Positions 29,276 to 37,858 of a stretch of 64,000 nucleotides of DNA are shown here, piece after piece. The DNA comes from Candidatus Eiseniibacteriota bacterium (GTDB lineage Bacteria; Eisenbacteria; RBG-16-71-46; CAIMUX01; VGJL01): the NCBI GenBank assembly GCA_041946735.1, contig JBHGAY010000018.1, positions 1-64,000 of the forward strand, given 5' to 3'. How positions within the stretch are numbered: the stretch's first letter is position 1; each line of letters opens with the position of its first letter. The notes beneath the pieces were generated by a model. It was not told the origin of the DNA. It made no database searches and saw only the letters and a list, made by a program, of their open reading frames with translations. The translations under genes were made by a program, and so were the position numbers.

Positions 29276-29884
29276 CTAGCGCCTCCCTTCCGCCTGGTAG
29301 TGGTGCGCGATCGCGTCGACGAACGGATCGAGAGCGAATCTCCCATCAGGTCCCGGCGGGACGATGTCCGCGCCGAGCCCGGCCTCGACCGCCGTGGTCC
29401 CTTCCGGCGTGGAAGGCCGGATCAGACGCGCGCCGGCCCCATCGCGCAGAACCGGCAGCGCGCCGAGAAACATCCCGAAGGTCTTGTAGTGGCCGTCCGG
29501 CCGGCGCTCGACGAAGACGAGGACCTCCTCGCCCACGAAGAAGCGAGGAACGCCGTCGACGATCGAGACGACGGAACCGGCCTGCCCGCCGATCTCCTCG
29601 AGGGTCAGGAACGGCTCGGCGCCCGCCCATCCCCACGAGTCGATCACGTCGAGGGTCGTGTAGGTGTAGATCTCGCGGTCTTCCCCGGCGTAGCGGGCAT
29701 CGTGAAAGTCCGCTTCGTCGGCGACGACCTTGCCCAGGATCACGAAGTCGCAGTCGGCGAGGAGCTTCTCCGTCCCGTAGTAGACGAGGCTCGTCGCCTG
29801 TGTCGTGGAGACCGGACCGGCGATCGCGAGCAAGCCGAGGAGAACGGCCGCCGCGGGGATCGCCCGTCGTAGCGATGGATTCAT
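29276..29884 (-). CDS. Secreted hypothetical protein, possible NTR/TIMP-like OB fold
   Basis: Signal peptide; DFVILGKVV..IYTYTTLDV..EIGGQAG..DGVPRFFVGEEVLVFV; stop 2 nt before the matrixin ATG; GGAGG RBS. Confidence 0.75.
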   Translation of the reverse strand: MNPSLRRAIPAAAVLLGLLAIAGPVSTTQATSLVYYGTEKLLADCDFVILGKVVADEADFHDARYAGEDREIYTYTTLDVIDSWGWAGAEPFLTLEEIGGQAGSVVSIVDGVPRFFVGEEVLVFVERRPDGHYKTFGMFLGALPVLRDGAGARLIRPSTPEGTTAVEAGLGADIVPPGPDGRFALDPFVDAIAHHYQAEGRR

Positions 29885-30159
29885 GGAAGCCTCCGTTTCT
29901 GTCGGCCCGTGACGCCGGCGCACACCGGAGCGGGGCCGGGAAGAGAGACAGAAAAGGGATTTCGCGTGCAGCAATTGAACACATTTCCGTGGCCGGCGGC
30001 AAGAGCGGAAGGCCGATCTGCGGAAGACCGATCGGCTCGATCGGGGGCGGCGGGGCGAGCGCGCACCGGCGCGCCGTCCGGGACCGTAGACCCCGCCGGC
30101 CTGGGGCTGCGAGCTGCGACGGGGCTGGAGCTTGGCCTGGGAGAACTGCTTGGCGGCTG

Positions 30160-31986
30160 CTACTCGACCGTGACGCTCTTCGCCAGGTTGCGGGGCTGAT
30201 CGACGTCGCATCCTCGCAGCACCGCCATATGATAGGCGAGCAGCTGCAGCGGGATCACCGAGAGTAGCGGCGTCAGCGGGTCGCAGGTCCGCGGAATGTG
30301 GATCACGTGGTCGGCCCGCTTCTCGATCGATGTGTCTCCCTCGGTCGCGATCGCGATGATCCGGCCCTTGCGGCTCCGCACCTCCTCCATGTTCGAGACG
30401 ATCTTCTCGTAGGCGGAATCGCGCGTGCAGATGAAGACGACCGGCATGTTCTCGTCGATCAACGCGATCGGCCCGTGCTTCATCTCCGCTGCCGGATACC
30501 CCTCCGCATGGATGTAGGAGATCTCCTTCAGCTTGAGCGCCCCCTCGAGCGCCACCGGGAAGTTGTAGCCGCGGCCGAGGTAGAGGAAGTTGTTGTGCCT
30601 CGCGTACACTCTCGCGATCGGCAGAATCGCGTCGCTCTGCTCAAGGCAACGCTGGGCGAGAGCCGGGATCTCGAGGAGCGCGTCGGCAAGGACGCTCGCC
30701 CCCGTCACCGGCCGCCCCCGCTGATCGGCCAGGTGAAGCGTCAGGATCATCAGCACGGCGACCTGCGTGGTGAACGCCTTCGTCGACGCCACGCCGATCT
30801 CCGGCCCCGCGTGCGTGTAGATGCCGCCGTGCGCCTCGCGCGCGATTGGCGAACCGACGACGTTGCAGATTCCGAGGACCGTCGCCCCGGCGCGCTTCGC
30901 CTCCCGCACCGCGGCCAGCGTGTCGGCGGTCTCTCCGCTTTGGCTGATCGCGATGACGAGCGTCCTCTCGTCGATGACCGGGTTGCGGTAGCGGAACTCC
31001 GAGGCGTACTCGACCTCGACCGGGATCCGGCACAGCTCCTCGAGCATGTATTCGCCGATGATCGCGGCGTGCCAGGAGGTGCCGCACGCCGTCATCACGA
31101 TCCGGTCGAAGGATCGGATCCTCTCGGGCGTGAGATTCAGACCGCCCAGGCGCGTCTCGCCGGTCGCCGCCGTGAGCCGGCCCCGCATCGCGTCCCGCAG
31201 GGCGCGCGGCTGCTCGAAGATCTCCTTGAGCATGAAATGCGGAAAGCCGCCCTTCTCGATCTCCGACAGCTCCCAGGTGATCTCCTCCACCGTCTTCTCC
31301 ACCGCCACCTCGTCGAGCGTCTGCGTGTGGTAACCCTCCTTCGTGAGGACCGCCATCTCGTCGTCGTCGAGGTAGATCACCTGCTTGGTGTGCTGCAGGA
31401 TCGCCGAGACGTCGGAGGCAAGGAAGTACTCGTTCGTGCCGATTCCGACCAGGAGCGGGCTGCCGCGCCTCGCCCCGATCACCTTGCCGGGATCGAGATC
31501 GCTGACGACCGCGATCCCGAACGTTCCGCGGACGGTCTGCAGCGCGGTCGCCACCGTTTCCTCGAGCTTGCCTGTCCAGGATTCCTCGAGCAGGTGCGCG
31601 AGAACCTCGGTATCGGTGTCCGTCGTGAAGACGTGGCCGATCCGCTGGAGGCGCTCCTTGATCGCCTCGTAGTTCTCGATGATCCCGTTGTGCGCGACGG
31701 CGAAGTGCCCGCGGCAATCCATGTGGGGGTGCGCGTTGCGGCGGCTCGGCTCCCCGTGGGTGGCCCAGCGGGTGTGGGCGATCCCGACGCATCCGGTGAA
31801 CCGTTCCTCTTGGAGGAGCGTCTCGAGGGCGGCGATCTTTCCGACGTCCTTGACCACCGTCAGGTGTCCGTCCTCGATCATGGCGATCCCGGCGGAATCG
31901 TATCCCCGGTACTCGAGCCGCCTGAGTCCTTCGATCAGGATCTGCTGGCAGGAGCGAGATCCCACGTATCCGAGGATGCCGCACAT
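30160..31986 (-). CDS. glmS: Glutamine-fructose-6-phosphate aminotransferase
   Basis: MCGILG, LEYRGYDSAG, HTRWATHG, SQSGETADT, PRNLAKSVTVE. Confidence 0.98.
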   Translation of the reverse strand: MCGILGYVGSRSCQQILIEGLRRLEYRGYDSAGIAMIEDGHLTVVKDVGKIAALETLLQEERFTGCVGIAHTRWATHGEPSRRNAHPHMDCRGHFAVAHNGIIENYEAIKERLQRIGHVFTTDTDTEVLAHLLEESWTGKLEETVATALQTVRGTFGIAVVSDLDPGKVIGARRGSPLLVGIGTNEYFLASDVSAILQHTKQVIYLDDDEMAVLTKEGYHTQTLDEVAVEKTVEEITWELSEIEKGGFPHFMLKEIFEQPRALRDAMRGRLTAATGETRLGGLNLTPERIRSFDRIVMTACGTSWHAAIIGEYMLEELCRIPVEVEYASEFRYRNPVIDERTLVIAISQSGETADTLAAVREAKRAGATVLGICNVVGSPIAREAHGGIYTHAGPEIGVASTKAFTTQVAVLMILTLHLADQRGRPVTGASVLADALLEIPALAQRCLEQSDAILPIARVYARHNNFLYLGRGYNFPVALEGALKLKEISYIHAEGYPAAEMKHGPIALIDENMPVVFICTRDSAYEKIVSNMEEVRSRKGRIIAIATEGDTSIEKRADHVIHIPRTCDPLTPLLSVIPLQLLAYHMAVLRGCDVDQPRNLAKSVTVE

Positions 31987-31989
31987 CGC

Positions 31990-33417
31990 TTACCCCCTGT
32001 CGCTCGACGGAACCTTCTCGAGAAGCGCCTGCATGAGAGTCTCGACCCGCTCTCTCGTCGACGACTCGGCGACGATACGAACGATCGGCTCGGTCGCCGA
32101 GGCGCGCAGGTGGACGAATCCGTCGGGGAACGACCACCGCAGACCATCCCTGCGGTCTTCAGCCGCGCCGAGCACCGGCTCGAAGGCGGCCGCGAGCGTC
32201 TCCAGGGATACCTCCGGGGCGAGATCGAGTTTCCGTTTCCCAACGTAGCGTTCCGGAATCGCGGACGCCAGCCCCCTCAATCCATTCGCCGATTTTGCTT
32301 CGGCCTCGAGCAGCCAGGCGGCCGCGACCGCGGCGTCGCGCCCGAAATGCACCTCCGGATCGATCACCCCTCCGTTGCCTTCGCCGCCGAGCACGGCGCC
32401 CGCCTTCCGCATGCCCGCGACCACGTTCGCCTCCCCGACCGGCGTTCGCTCCACCCGCGATCCGTGCGCCTCGGCGACCGCCTCGAGGCGCGTCGAGGTG
32501 CTGAGGTTGGTCACGACCGGACCGCGCCGGCGGGTCAGCAGATGGGCCGCGACGAGGGGAAGGGTCCACTCCTCCCCGACGATCGAGGTGCCGGGAATCG
32601 CGAGGGCGCAGCGATCCGCGTCGGGATCGACGGCAATCGCGAAGGAGACGCCGCGCCTGCCCGCCTCCTCCGCGAGAAGATCGAGAACCTCCCCGCTCGG
32701 CTCCGGGTGCGGCGGCAACTTGCCGGTCGGCTCGGCGCGCAGCGTCTCCACGCGGGCCCCGAGGTCCTCCAGCAGCTTCGGGATCAGCACGCCGCCCGCC
32801 CCGTGCACGCATTCGACGAGAACGCGCGGGGCGGCGGCGCGGATCGCGGCGGCGTCGATCCCCGCCCGCACCAGGGAGGCGTGGAGGGCGAGCGATTCCG
32901 CCCCGCGAGCGAGGGCGGCGCCCCATTCGGGGTAGGCGAGGAACGACCCGGACGGGTCTCCCGCGTCGGCGAGCGCGCGCAGCCGCTCGAACTCCGGGCC
33001 GACGAGGAAGGAGCCGGACGGGCCGACGAACTTCATCGCGTTCCAGTCGCCCGGGTTGTGGCTCGCCGTGAGGATCAGGCCCCCCGCCGCGCTCCAGCGC
33101 TCGACCGCTACCTGGACGGTCGGCGTCGGCACGATCCCCAGCTCCCAGACGGTGCGGCCCAGGCTCCCGAGCACCTCGGAGGCTATGGAGGCGAACAGGG
33201 CGCCGCTCGGGCGCGAGTCGCGGCCGAGGACGATCGGGCCTGGCCCGAGGAACCGGGAGAAGGCGGCGGTCCAGCGGGCGACGAGCAAAGGATGGAAGTC
33301 GGGACCGACCGTCCCGCGAACGCCGGAGACGCTGACCATCAGAGGGGGCAAGGGGGACCTCCCGCGTGTCGATCGGATTCCGCCCGCCTGCGGCTCGCCG
33401 GAGCCCGTCGCGCGCAC
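31990..33417 (-). CDS. glmM: Phosphoglucosamine mutase (start uncertain, 33339-33417)
   Basis: SVSGVRG, TASHNP, DPDADR, GGEGNGG, RASATEP; adjacent to glmS. Confidence 0.85.
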   Translation of the reverse strand: MRATGSGEPQAGGIRSTRGRSPLPPLMVSVSGVRGTVGPDFHPLLVARWTAAFSRFLGPGPIVLGRDSRPSGALFASIASEVLGSLGRTVWELGIVPTPTVQVAVERWSAAGGLILTASHNPGDWNAMKFVGPSGSFLVGPEFERLRALADAGDPSGSFLAYPEWGAALARGAESLALHASLVRAGIDAAAIRAAAPRVLVECVHGAGGVLIPKLLEDLGARVETLRAEPTGKLPPHPEPSGEVLDLLAEEAGRRGVSFAIAVDPDADRCALAIPGTSIVGEEWTLPLVAAHLLTRRRGPVVTNLSTSTRLEAVAEAHGSRVERTPVGEANVVAGMRKAGAVLGGEGNGGVIDPEVHFGRDAAVAAAWLLEAEAKSANGLRGLASAIPERYVGKRKLDLAPEVSLETLAAAFEPVLGAAEDRRDGLRWSFPDGFVHLRASATEPIVRIVAESSTRERVETLMQALLEKVPSSDRG

Positions 33418-33463
33418 GGGCGCCGGGACGCGGGCGGCGGCCGAGTCCCAAGGAAACGACGAA

Positions 33464-33486
33464 GCCCTTCCCCGGAAGGGAAGGGC
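33464..33486 (-). terminator. Hairpin downstream of the tRNA-Phe/tRNA-Thr pair
   Basis: 9-bp stem GCCCTTCCC/GGGAAGGGC followed on the minus strand by TTCGTCGTTT. Confidence 0.5.
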
Positions 33487-33580
33487 CCGCTTCGATTCCG
33501 AGCGCGGAGCCTGCGCTGCGTGCTTTTGCGATGCGCTCCGCTCCGGCGCCGATCGCGGTCCGGAGGGAGATGGAGAAGGA

Positions 33581-33656
33581 TGGAGCTGGTGAGCGGAATC
33601 GAACCGCTGACCTGCTCATTACGAATGAGCTGCTCTACCGGCTGAGCTACACCAGC
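33581..33656 (-). tRNA. tRNA-Thr(CGT)
   Basis: GCTGGTGTAGCTCAGCCGGTAGAGCAGCTCATT-CGT-AATGAGCAGGTCAGCGGTTCGATTCCGCTCACCAGCTCCA. Confidence 0.97.
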
Positions 33657-33751
33657 ATCCTGTCCATCGAAGCGCGTCGCGGCCGCCTCCCGGCTTCCGC
33701 CCCGCGGCGCCTCCAGCGATGCCGGAGACGCGTCGGATCGATCAAATCATT

Positions 33752-33827
33752 TGGTGCGGCCTCGCAGAGTCGAACTGCGGACTTCCAGATTTTCAGTCTA
33801 GCGCTCTACCAGCTGAGCTAAGGCCGC
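33752..33827 (-). tRNA. tRNA-Phe(GAA)
   Basis: GCGGCCTTAGCTCAGCTGGTAGAGCGCTAGACT-GAA-AATCTGGAAGTCCGCAGTTCGACTCTGCGAGGCCGCACCA. Confidence 0.97.
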
Positions 33828-33866
33828 ACCTCGGTCCGATAGTCTTCCCGAGCGGCGGCCAAAGGG

Positions 33867-34418
33867 TCAAGCCGTTTTTCGCGCGGGCGGATCCCCGCGA
33901 CGGCGTCCCTCTCTCGCGCGCCCGAGTGCGTCGCGCACCGCCCCCTTCAGTTCGCTCAGGTCCGAGGACTTCACGACGTAGCGGTCGGCGGCCCAGGAGC
34001 CGAAATCGGAGCGATATCCTCCGTAGGCCGAGTTGAGGATCACCTTCGTGGCCGGGCGCAGGGCCAGCACCTGGCGCATGACGTCCAGCCCGTTCATGCC
34101 GGAGAGACGGACGTCCAGCACGAGGGCGTCCGTCGGCGCGTGGGCGAACCGGCGGATCGCCTCTTCCCCGCTCGCGGCCGTCGAGACCTCGTAGCCTTCC
34201 TCGGCAAGCTCCTCGAGATAGAGCCGCCGCAGGTGCGGATCGTCGTCGACGACGAGCAGCGTCGGACGTTTCGGCGCTCTTGCGGCCTGGCCCCCGATCT
34301 CCATCCATCGCTCGATCCGGATCGGCGAGCGTCCCTCGCGTTCCCCCGCGCCGCCCTCCGTCGCCTCCCCTCCGCGCCGGCGCTCCCAGTCCTGCTTCTC
34401 TGGCTGCGGCCTCGGCAT
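33867..34418 (-). CDS. Single-domain response regulator (start uncertain; alternative at 34304)
   Basis: LLVVDDD, LVLDVRL.GMNG, ILNSAY, YVVKSSD. Confidence 0.85.
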   Translation of the reverse strand: MPRPQPEKQDWERRRGGEATEGGAGEREGRSPIRIERWMEIGGQAARAPKRPTLLVVDDDPHLRRLYLEELAEEGYEVSTAASGEEAIRRFAHAPTDALVLDVRLSGMNGLDVMRQVLALRPATKVILNSAYGGYRSDFGSWAADRYVVKSSDLSELKGAVRDALGRAREGRRRGDPPARKTA

Positions 34419-34480
34419 CGTCCTGCCCTCCCGGGACGCGCAGCCGCCGCGCGGCCGCCGCCCCTTCGCGATCCCGCCGG

Positions 34481-36001
34481 TCACGCGGCTCGATCGCGGT
34501 TGCGACGCCTGCGGTCCTGTCCCCTCCGCCGCTCGGCGTTCGAGCGGATCGGAAGGCTGACCGTGAAGATCACGCTCCAGCTCGGGTCGGTCCGCACCCG
34601 GATCTCGCCGCCGTGCTCCCGCACGATCTGATCGGCGATCGCGAGCCCCAGCCCGCTCCCCGCGCTTCGCCCGCTGGCGAACGGGATGAACAGCCTTTCG
34701 AGCGCTTCGGCCTCGAGCCGTTCCCCGTTGTTCGCCACGTCGATCTGCGCCCATCCCTCGGTCGCGCGGGTCATCACGGCGATCCGCTGCCCCTCGCGCG
34801 TGCTCTGCATCGCGTTGCGGACGATGTTGAGCAGCACCTGCTCGAGCCGGTCCGGGGCGAGGAGCATCGGCGGGATCCCCCCTTGGTACTGCTCCCGCAG
34901 ATCGATCCCTCTGCCCTCGGCCTCCTCGCGCGCGATCTGCACGGCCGCGCGCACGACCTCGTTGAGATCGACCATCGCCACGCGGGGCGCGATCGGCTTC
35001 GCGAACTGCAGTTGCTCGGCCACCATCGCCTCGAGGCGCTCGATCTCGCGGACGATGATCGACGCGTAGTCCCCGTTGGGATCGTTCGCCGGCAGCCCCT
35101 TCTGGATCCGCCGCGCGAACCCCCCGATTGCAGAGAGAGGGTTGCGGATCTCGTGGGCGAGCTTCGCGCTGATCTCTCCGAGCGCCGCCAGCTTCTCGCA
35201 ACGCAGCCGGTCGGTCTCCGCGTCGCGCAGCCGCGCCTCGGCCTGCGCGAGCTTCTGCTGCACGCGGGCGAGATGGATCGCCATCGCGAGTTGCCCGGCG
35301 ATCACCGTGAGAAGCCCCTCCCCCGCCGGACCACACCACGACTCCGCCGGAGCCGCCTCCGCATCGGGCGCTGCATGGCCGTCCTCGCGGGCGCCGGCCT
35401 GCCCCGTCCCGCGCCGCCCGCTCTGGTGGATCGCCGCGGACCGAGGACCGAGGAGCGCCATCGCGCCGAGAACCGTGTCATAGGCCTGCAACGGGACGAT
35501 CAACGCCTCGACCGGCGGGGCGGCGGGAGCACCCGCAGCAATCCGGTCGTGGACGAGGCACCGGCGGCGCACCGCGCGCTCGGCCGCCTCCATGCCGGGA
35601 GGCCACGGGGAGACGGACCCGCTCTCCGCTCCCAGCCGGACGGCCGGCCGCAGCTTGCCCCCCTCGCCGTCGATCAGCCAGATCATTCCCTCCGGCGAAT
35701 CGAGGGCCTGTGCCGCTCGCCGCAACGCGAGCGCGAGGACCTCGTCGAGGCAGCAGGCGGTCAGGAGCCTCTCCTGCGTCGCGCGGACAGCGTCGAACCA
35801 GGCCGGATCGACCGAGGGATGCGCGACGGTCGCGCCGCGAGCGCCTCCGTCCCCGTCGATTCCTTCGATTCCTTCGATTCCTTCCGCTTCCCGGGACTGC
35901 CCGGCCGGCCGGCCCGTGGACGGGTCGAAGAGGCTGGGAGCCTGGGAGTTTTGCGATGCCTCGCTTTCGGAGGCTCGGATATACTTCGGTTTGCTGTTCA
36001 T
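34481..36001 (-). CDS. GAF-domain sensor histidine kinase (NtrB-like HisKA/HATPase; start uncertain)
   Basis: LAHEIRNPL H-box, QVLLNIVRNA N-box, GSGLGLAI G-box. Confidence 0.88.
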   Translation of the reverse strand: MNSKPKYIRASESEASQNSQAPSLFDPSTGRPAGQSREAEGIEGIEGIDGDGGARGATVAHPSVDPAWFDAVRATQERLLTACCLDEVLALALRRAAQALDSPEGMIWLIDGEGGKLRPAVRLGAESGSVSPWPPGMEAAERAVRRRCLVHDRIAAGAPAAPPVEALIVPLQAYDTVLGAMALLGPRSAAIHQSGRRGTGQAGAREDGHAAPDAEAAPAESWCGPAGEGLLTVIAGQLAMAIHLARVQQKLAQAEARLRDAETDRLRCEKLAALGEISAKLAHEIRNPLSAIGGFARRIQKGLPANDPNGDYASIIVREIERLEAMVAEQLQFAKPIAPRVAMVDLNEVVRAAVQIAREEAEGRGIDLREQYQGGIPPMLLAPDRLEQVLLNIVRNAMQSTREGQRIAVMTRATEGWAQIDVANNGERLEAEALERLFIPFASGRSAGSGLGLAIADQIVREHGGEIRVRTDPSWSVIFTVSLPIRSNAERRRGQDRRRRNRDRAA

Positions 36002-36204
36002 CTTCTCTGGGCGCCGGCGGGGTGGCGCGCGTTCGGGCATCGGCCCGAACGAACGCGTGGCGCCGGGGTCGGGTTGGATGTCGGGGTCGAGGGTCGAAGA
36101 GCTTCCGCGGCAGGACTCCCGCCGTGCCGCGAGACCGAGGTGCCATGGTGGAGATGCGCTGGCTTCGGCGAGGGAAGGCCGTGGATGCTTCGGGGAGGGA
36201 ACTG

Positions 36205-36537
36205 ATGGACAAACCGGCGCCGCCGCAGCCAACGCCCCCGCCTCCAGGTTCGATCCAGGTGCAGATCGAGCCGACCGAGGCGGAGGGGATCTACGCGAAT
36301 CTCGTCCTTCTTGCCCATTCCCCTTCGGAGTTCATCCTGGATTTCGCCCGCATGATGCCCGGCGCTCCCAGGGCGAAGGTCTATTCGCGCATCATCCTCA
36401 CGCCGCAAAATGCCCGCTCCTTGCTCCGCGCGCTCGAGCAGCGGATCGAACAGTACGAGGCGCAGTTCGGCAAGATCCGGGTCCAGGGGGAGACTCCCCC
36501 TGCCCGTGATATCGGGTTCAAGCCCGAGACTCCTTAG
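36205..36537 (+). CDS. DUF3467 family protein
   Basis: EGIYANLVLLAHSPSEFILDF...SRIILTPQNARSLLRAL...YEAQFG; GGGGAGG RBS. Confidence 0.85.
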   Translation: MDKPAPPQPTPPPPGSIQVQIEPTEAEGIYANLVLLAHSPSEFILDFARMMPGAPRAKVYSRIILTPQNARSLLRALEQRIEQYEAQFGKIRVQGETPPARDIGFKPETP

Positions 36538-36605
36538 CGCAATCTTCGCGCGATGCCGTCCGTTACGGCGCGCGCGAGACGGAACGGCCGATTTCGAGGG
36601 ATCGC

Positions 36606-37826
36606 ATGGGAGGTGCCGTGATGGGTGGTCTGACGATCTCGAGGCGAGGGGAGTCGGTTCCCCCCTCGCCGATCCGCAAGCTGGTGCCCCTGGCCGACGA
36701 GACTCGGCGCCGGGGCGTGCACGTCCATGGGCTGAACATCGGGCAGCCCGATATTCCGACCCCCGACTGCATGTGGGAGGCTCTCCGCCGCGACCTCCCC
36801 CGCACGCTCGCCTACTCCCCTTCGGGCGGGATTCCGGAGCTGCGCGAGGCGTTCTCCGGCTACTACGCCCGGCACGGGATCGGGCTTTCGTCGAACGAGA
36901 TCCTCGTCACCTCCGGCGGGAGCGAGGCGATCCTCTTCGCGATCGGCGCCATCGCCGATCCCGGCGAGGAGGTGCTGATCCCCGAGCCGCTCTACGCGAA
37001 CTATCTCGGGTTCTCGCGTTTCCTCGGCGTGCAGGTCGCCCCGATCACCTGCGATGCGGCCAACGGCTACCATCTGCCCCCCGCCGAGGAATGGGAGAAG
37101 CGGATCACGCCTAAGACCCGGGCGATCCTGCTCTGCAATCCGGGCAATCCGACCGGGACGGTCTACGAGGAGTCCGAGGTGGCGATGGTGCGGGAGCTCG
37201 CGCTGCGCCACGATCTCTACCTCGTCGTGGACGAGGTCTACCGGGAGTTCTGCTACGACGGCCGCAAGCACCGCTCGATGCTGACCCTTCCCGGGATCGA
37301 AGACCGGGTCATCCTCGTCGACTCGATCTCGAAGCGGTTCAGCGCCTGCGGCGCGCGGATCGGCTGCCTCGCCACGCGCGCGAAGCCGGTCTTCGACACC
37401 GCGATGAAGTTCGCGCAGGCGCGGCTCTCCCCGCCCGGGCTCGGCCAGATCGCGGCCGTGCCGGCCCTCTCGCTGCCCGAAAGCTACTACCAGGGGTTCG
37501 TGCGGGAATTCGAGGCGCGGCGCAACCGGGTGATGGAGATCCTGGAGCGGGAGCCTTCGATTCGCTGCCGGCGCCCGCGCGGAGCGTTCTACGTCATGGC
37601 CACGCTGCCGGTCGATGACGCGGAGTCGTACGTCCGCTGGATGCTCACCGAGTATCAGAAGGACGGCGAGACGGTCATGGTCGCTCCGGGCGACGGGTTC
37701 TACGCGACGCCGGGGATGGGGAAGCAAGAGATCCGGCTCGCCTACGTGTTCGAGGAGAAGGTGCTCTCCCGCGCGGTTTCGATCCTTGTGGAGAGCCTCG
37801 CGCACTATCCCGGCCGCCGCCGCTGA
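36606..37826 (+). CDS. PLP-dependent class I/II (aspartate-type) aminotransferase
   Basis: SPIRKL, LNIGQPD, CNPGNPTG, DEVYREF, DSISKRFSACGARIG. Confidence 0.92.
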   Translation: MGGAVMGGLTISRRGESVPPSPIRKLVPLADETRRRGVHVHGLNIGQPDIPTPDCMWEALRRDLPRTLAYSPSGGIPELREAFSGYYARHGIGLSSNEILVTSGGSEAILFAIGAIADPGEEVLIPEPLYANYLGFSRFLGVQVAPITCDAANGYHLPPAEEWEKRITPKTRAILLCNPGNPTGTVYEESEVAMVRELALRHDLYLVVDEVYREFCYDGRKHRSMLTLPGIEDRVILVDSISKRFSACGARIGCLATRAKPVFDTAMKFAQARLSPPGLGQIAAVPALSLPESYYQGFVREFEARRNRVMEILEREPSIRCRRPRGAFYVMATLPVDDAESYVRWMLTEYQKDGETVMVAPGDGFYATPGMGKQEIRLAYVFEEKVLSRAVSILVESLAHYPGRRR

Positions 37827-37858
37827 TCCAGCGCTCGATCGCGAAACGGGAGGAGCCG

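Noticed and set aside
33418..33580. glmS ribozyme upstream of glmM-glmS
   Set aside because: No AGCGCC...GACGAGG core is visible, only a terminator-like hairpin; glmS starts 3 nt after the glmM stop.
30298..33645. Very long antisense or alternative-frame ORFs (e.g. 30298-33645, 43521-46667, 51303-54257, 10707-13538)
   Set aside because: Shadow ORFs caused by high GC3 codon bias opposite clear genes; no motifs.
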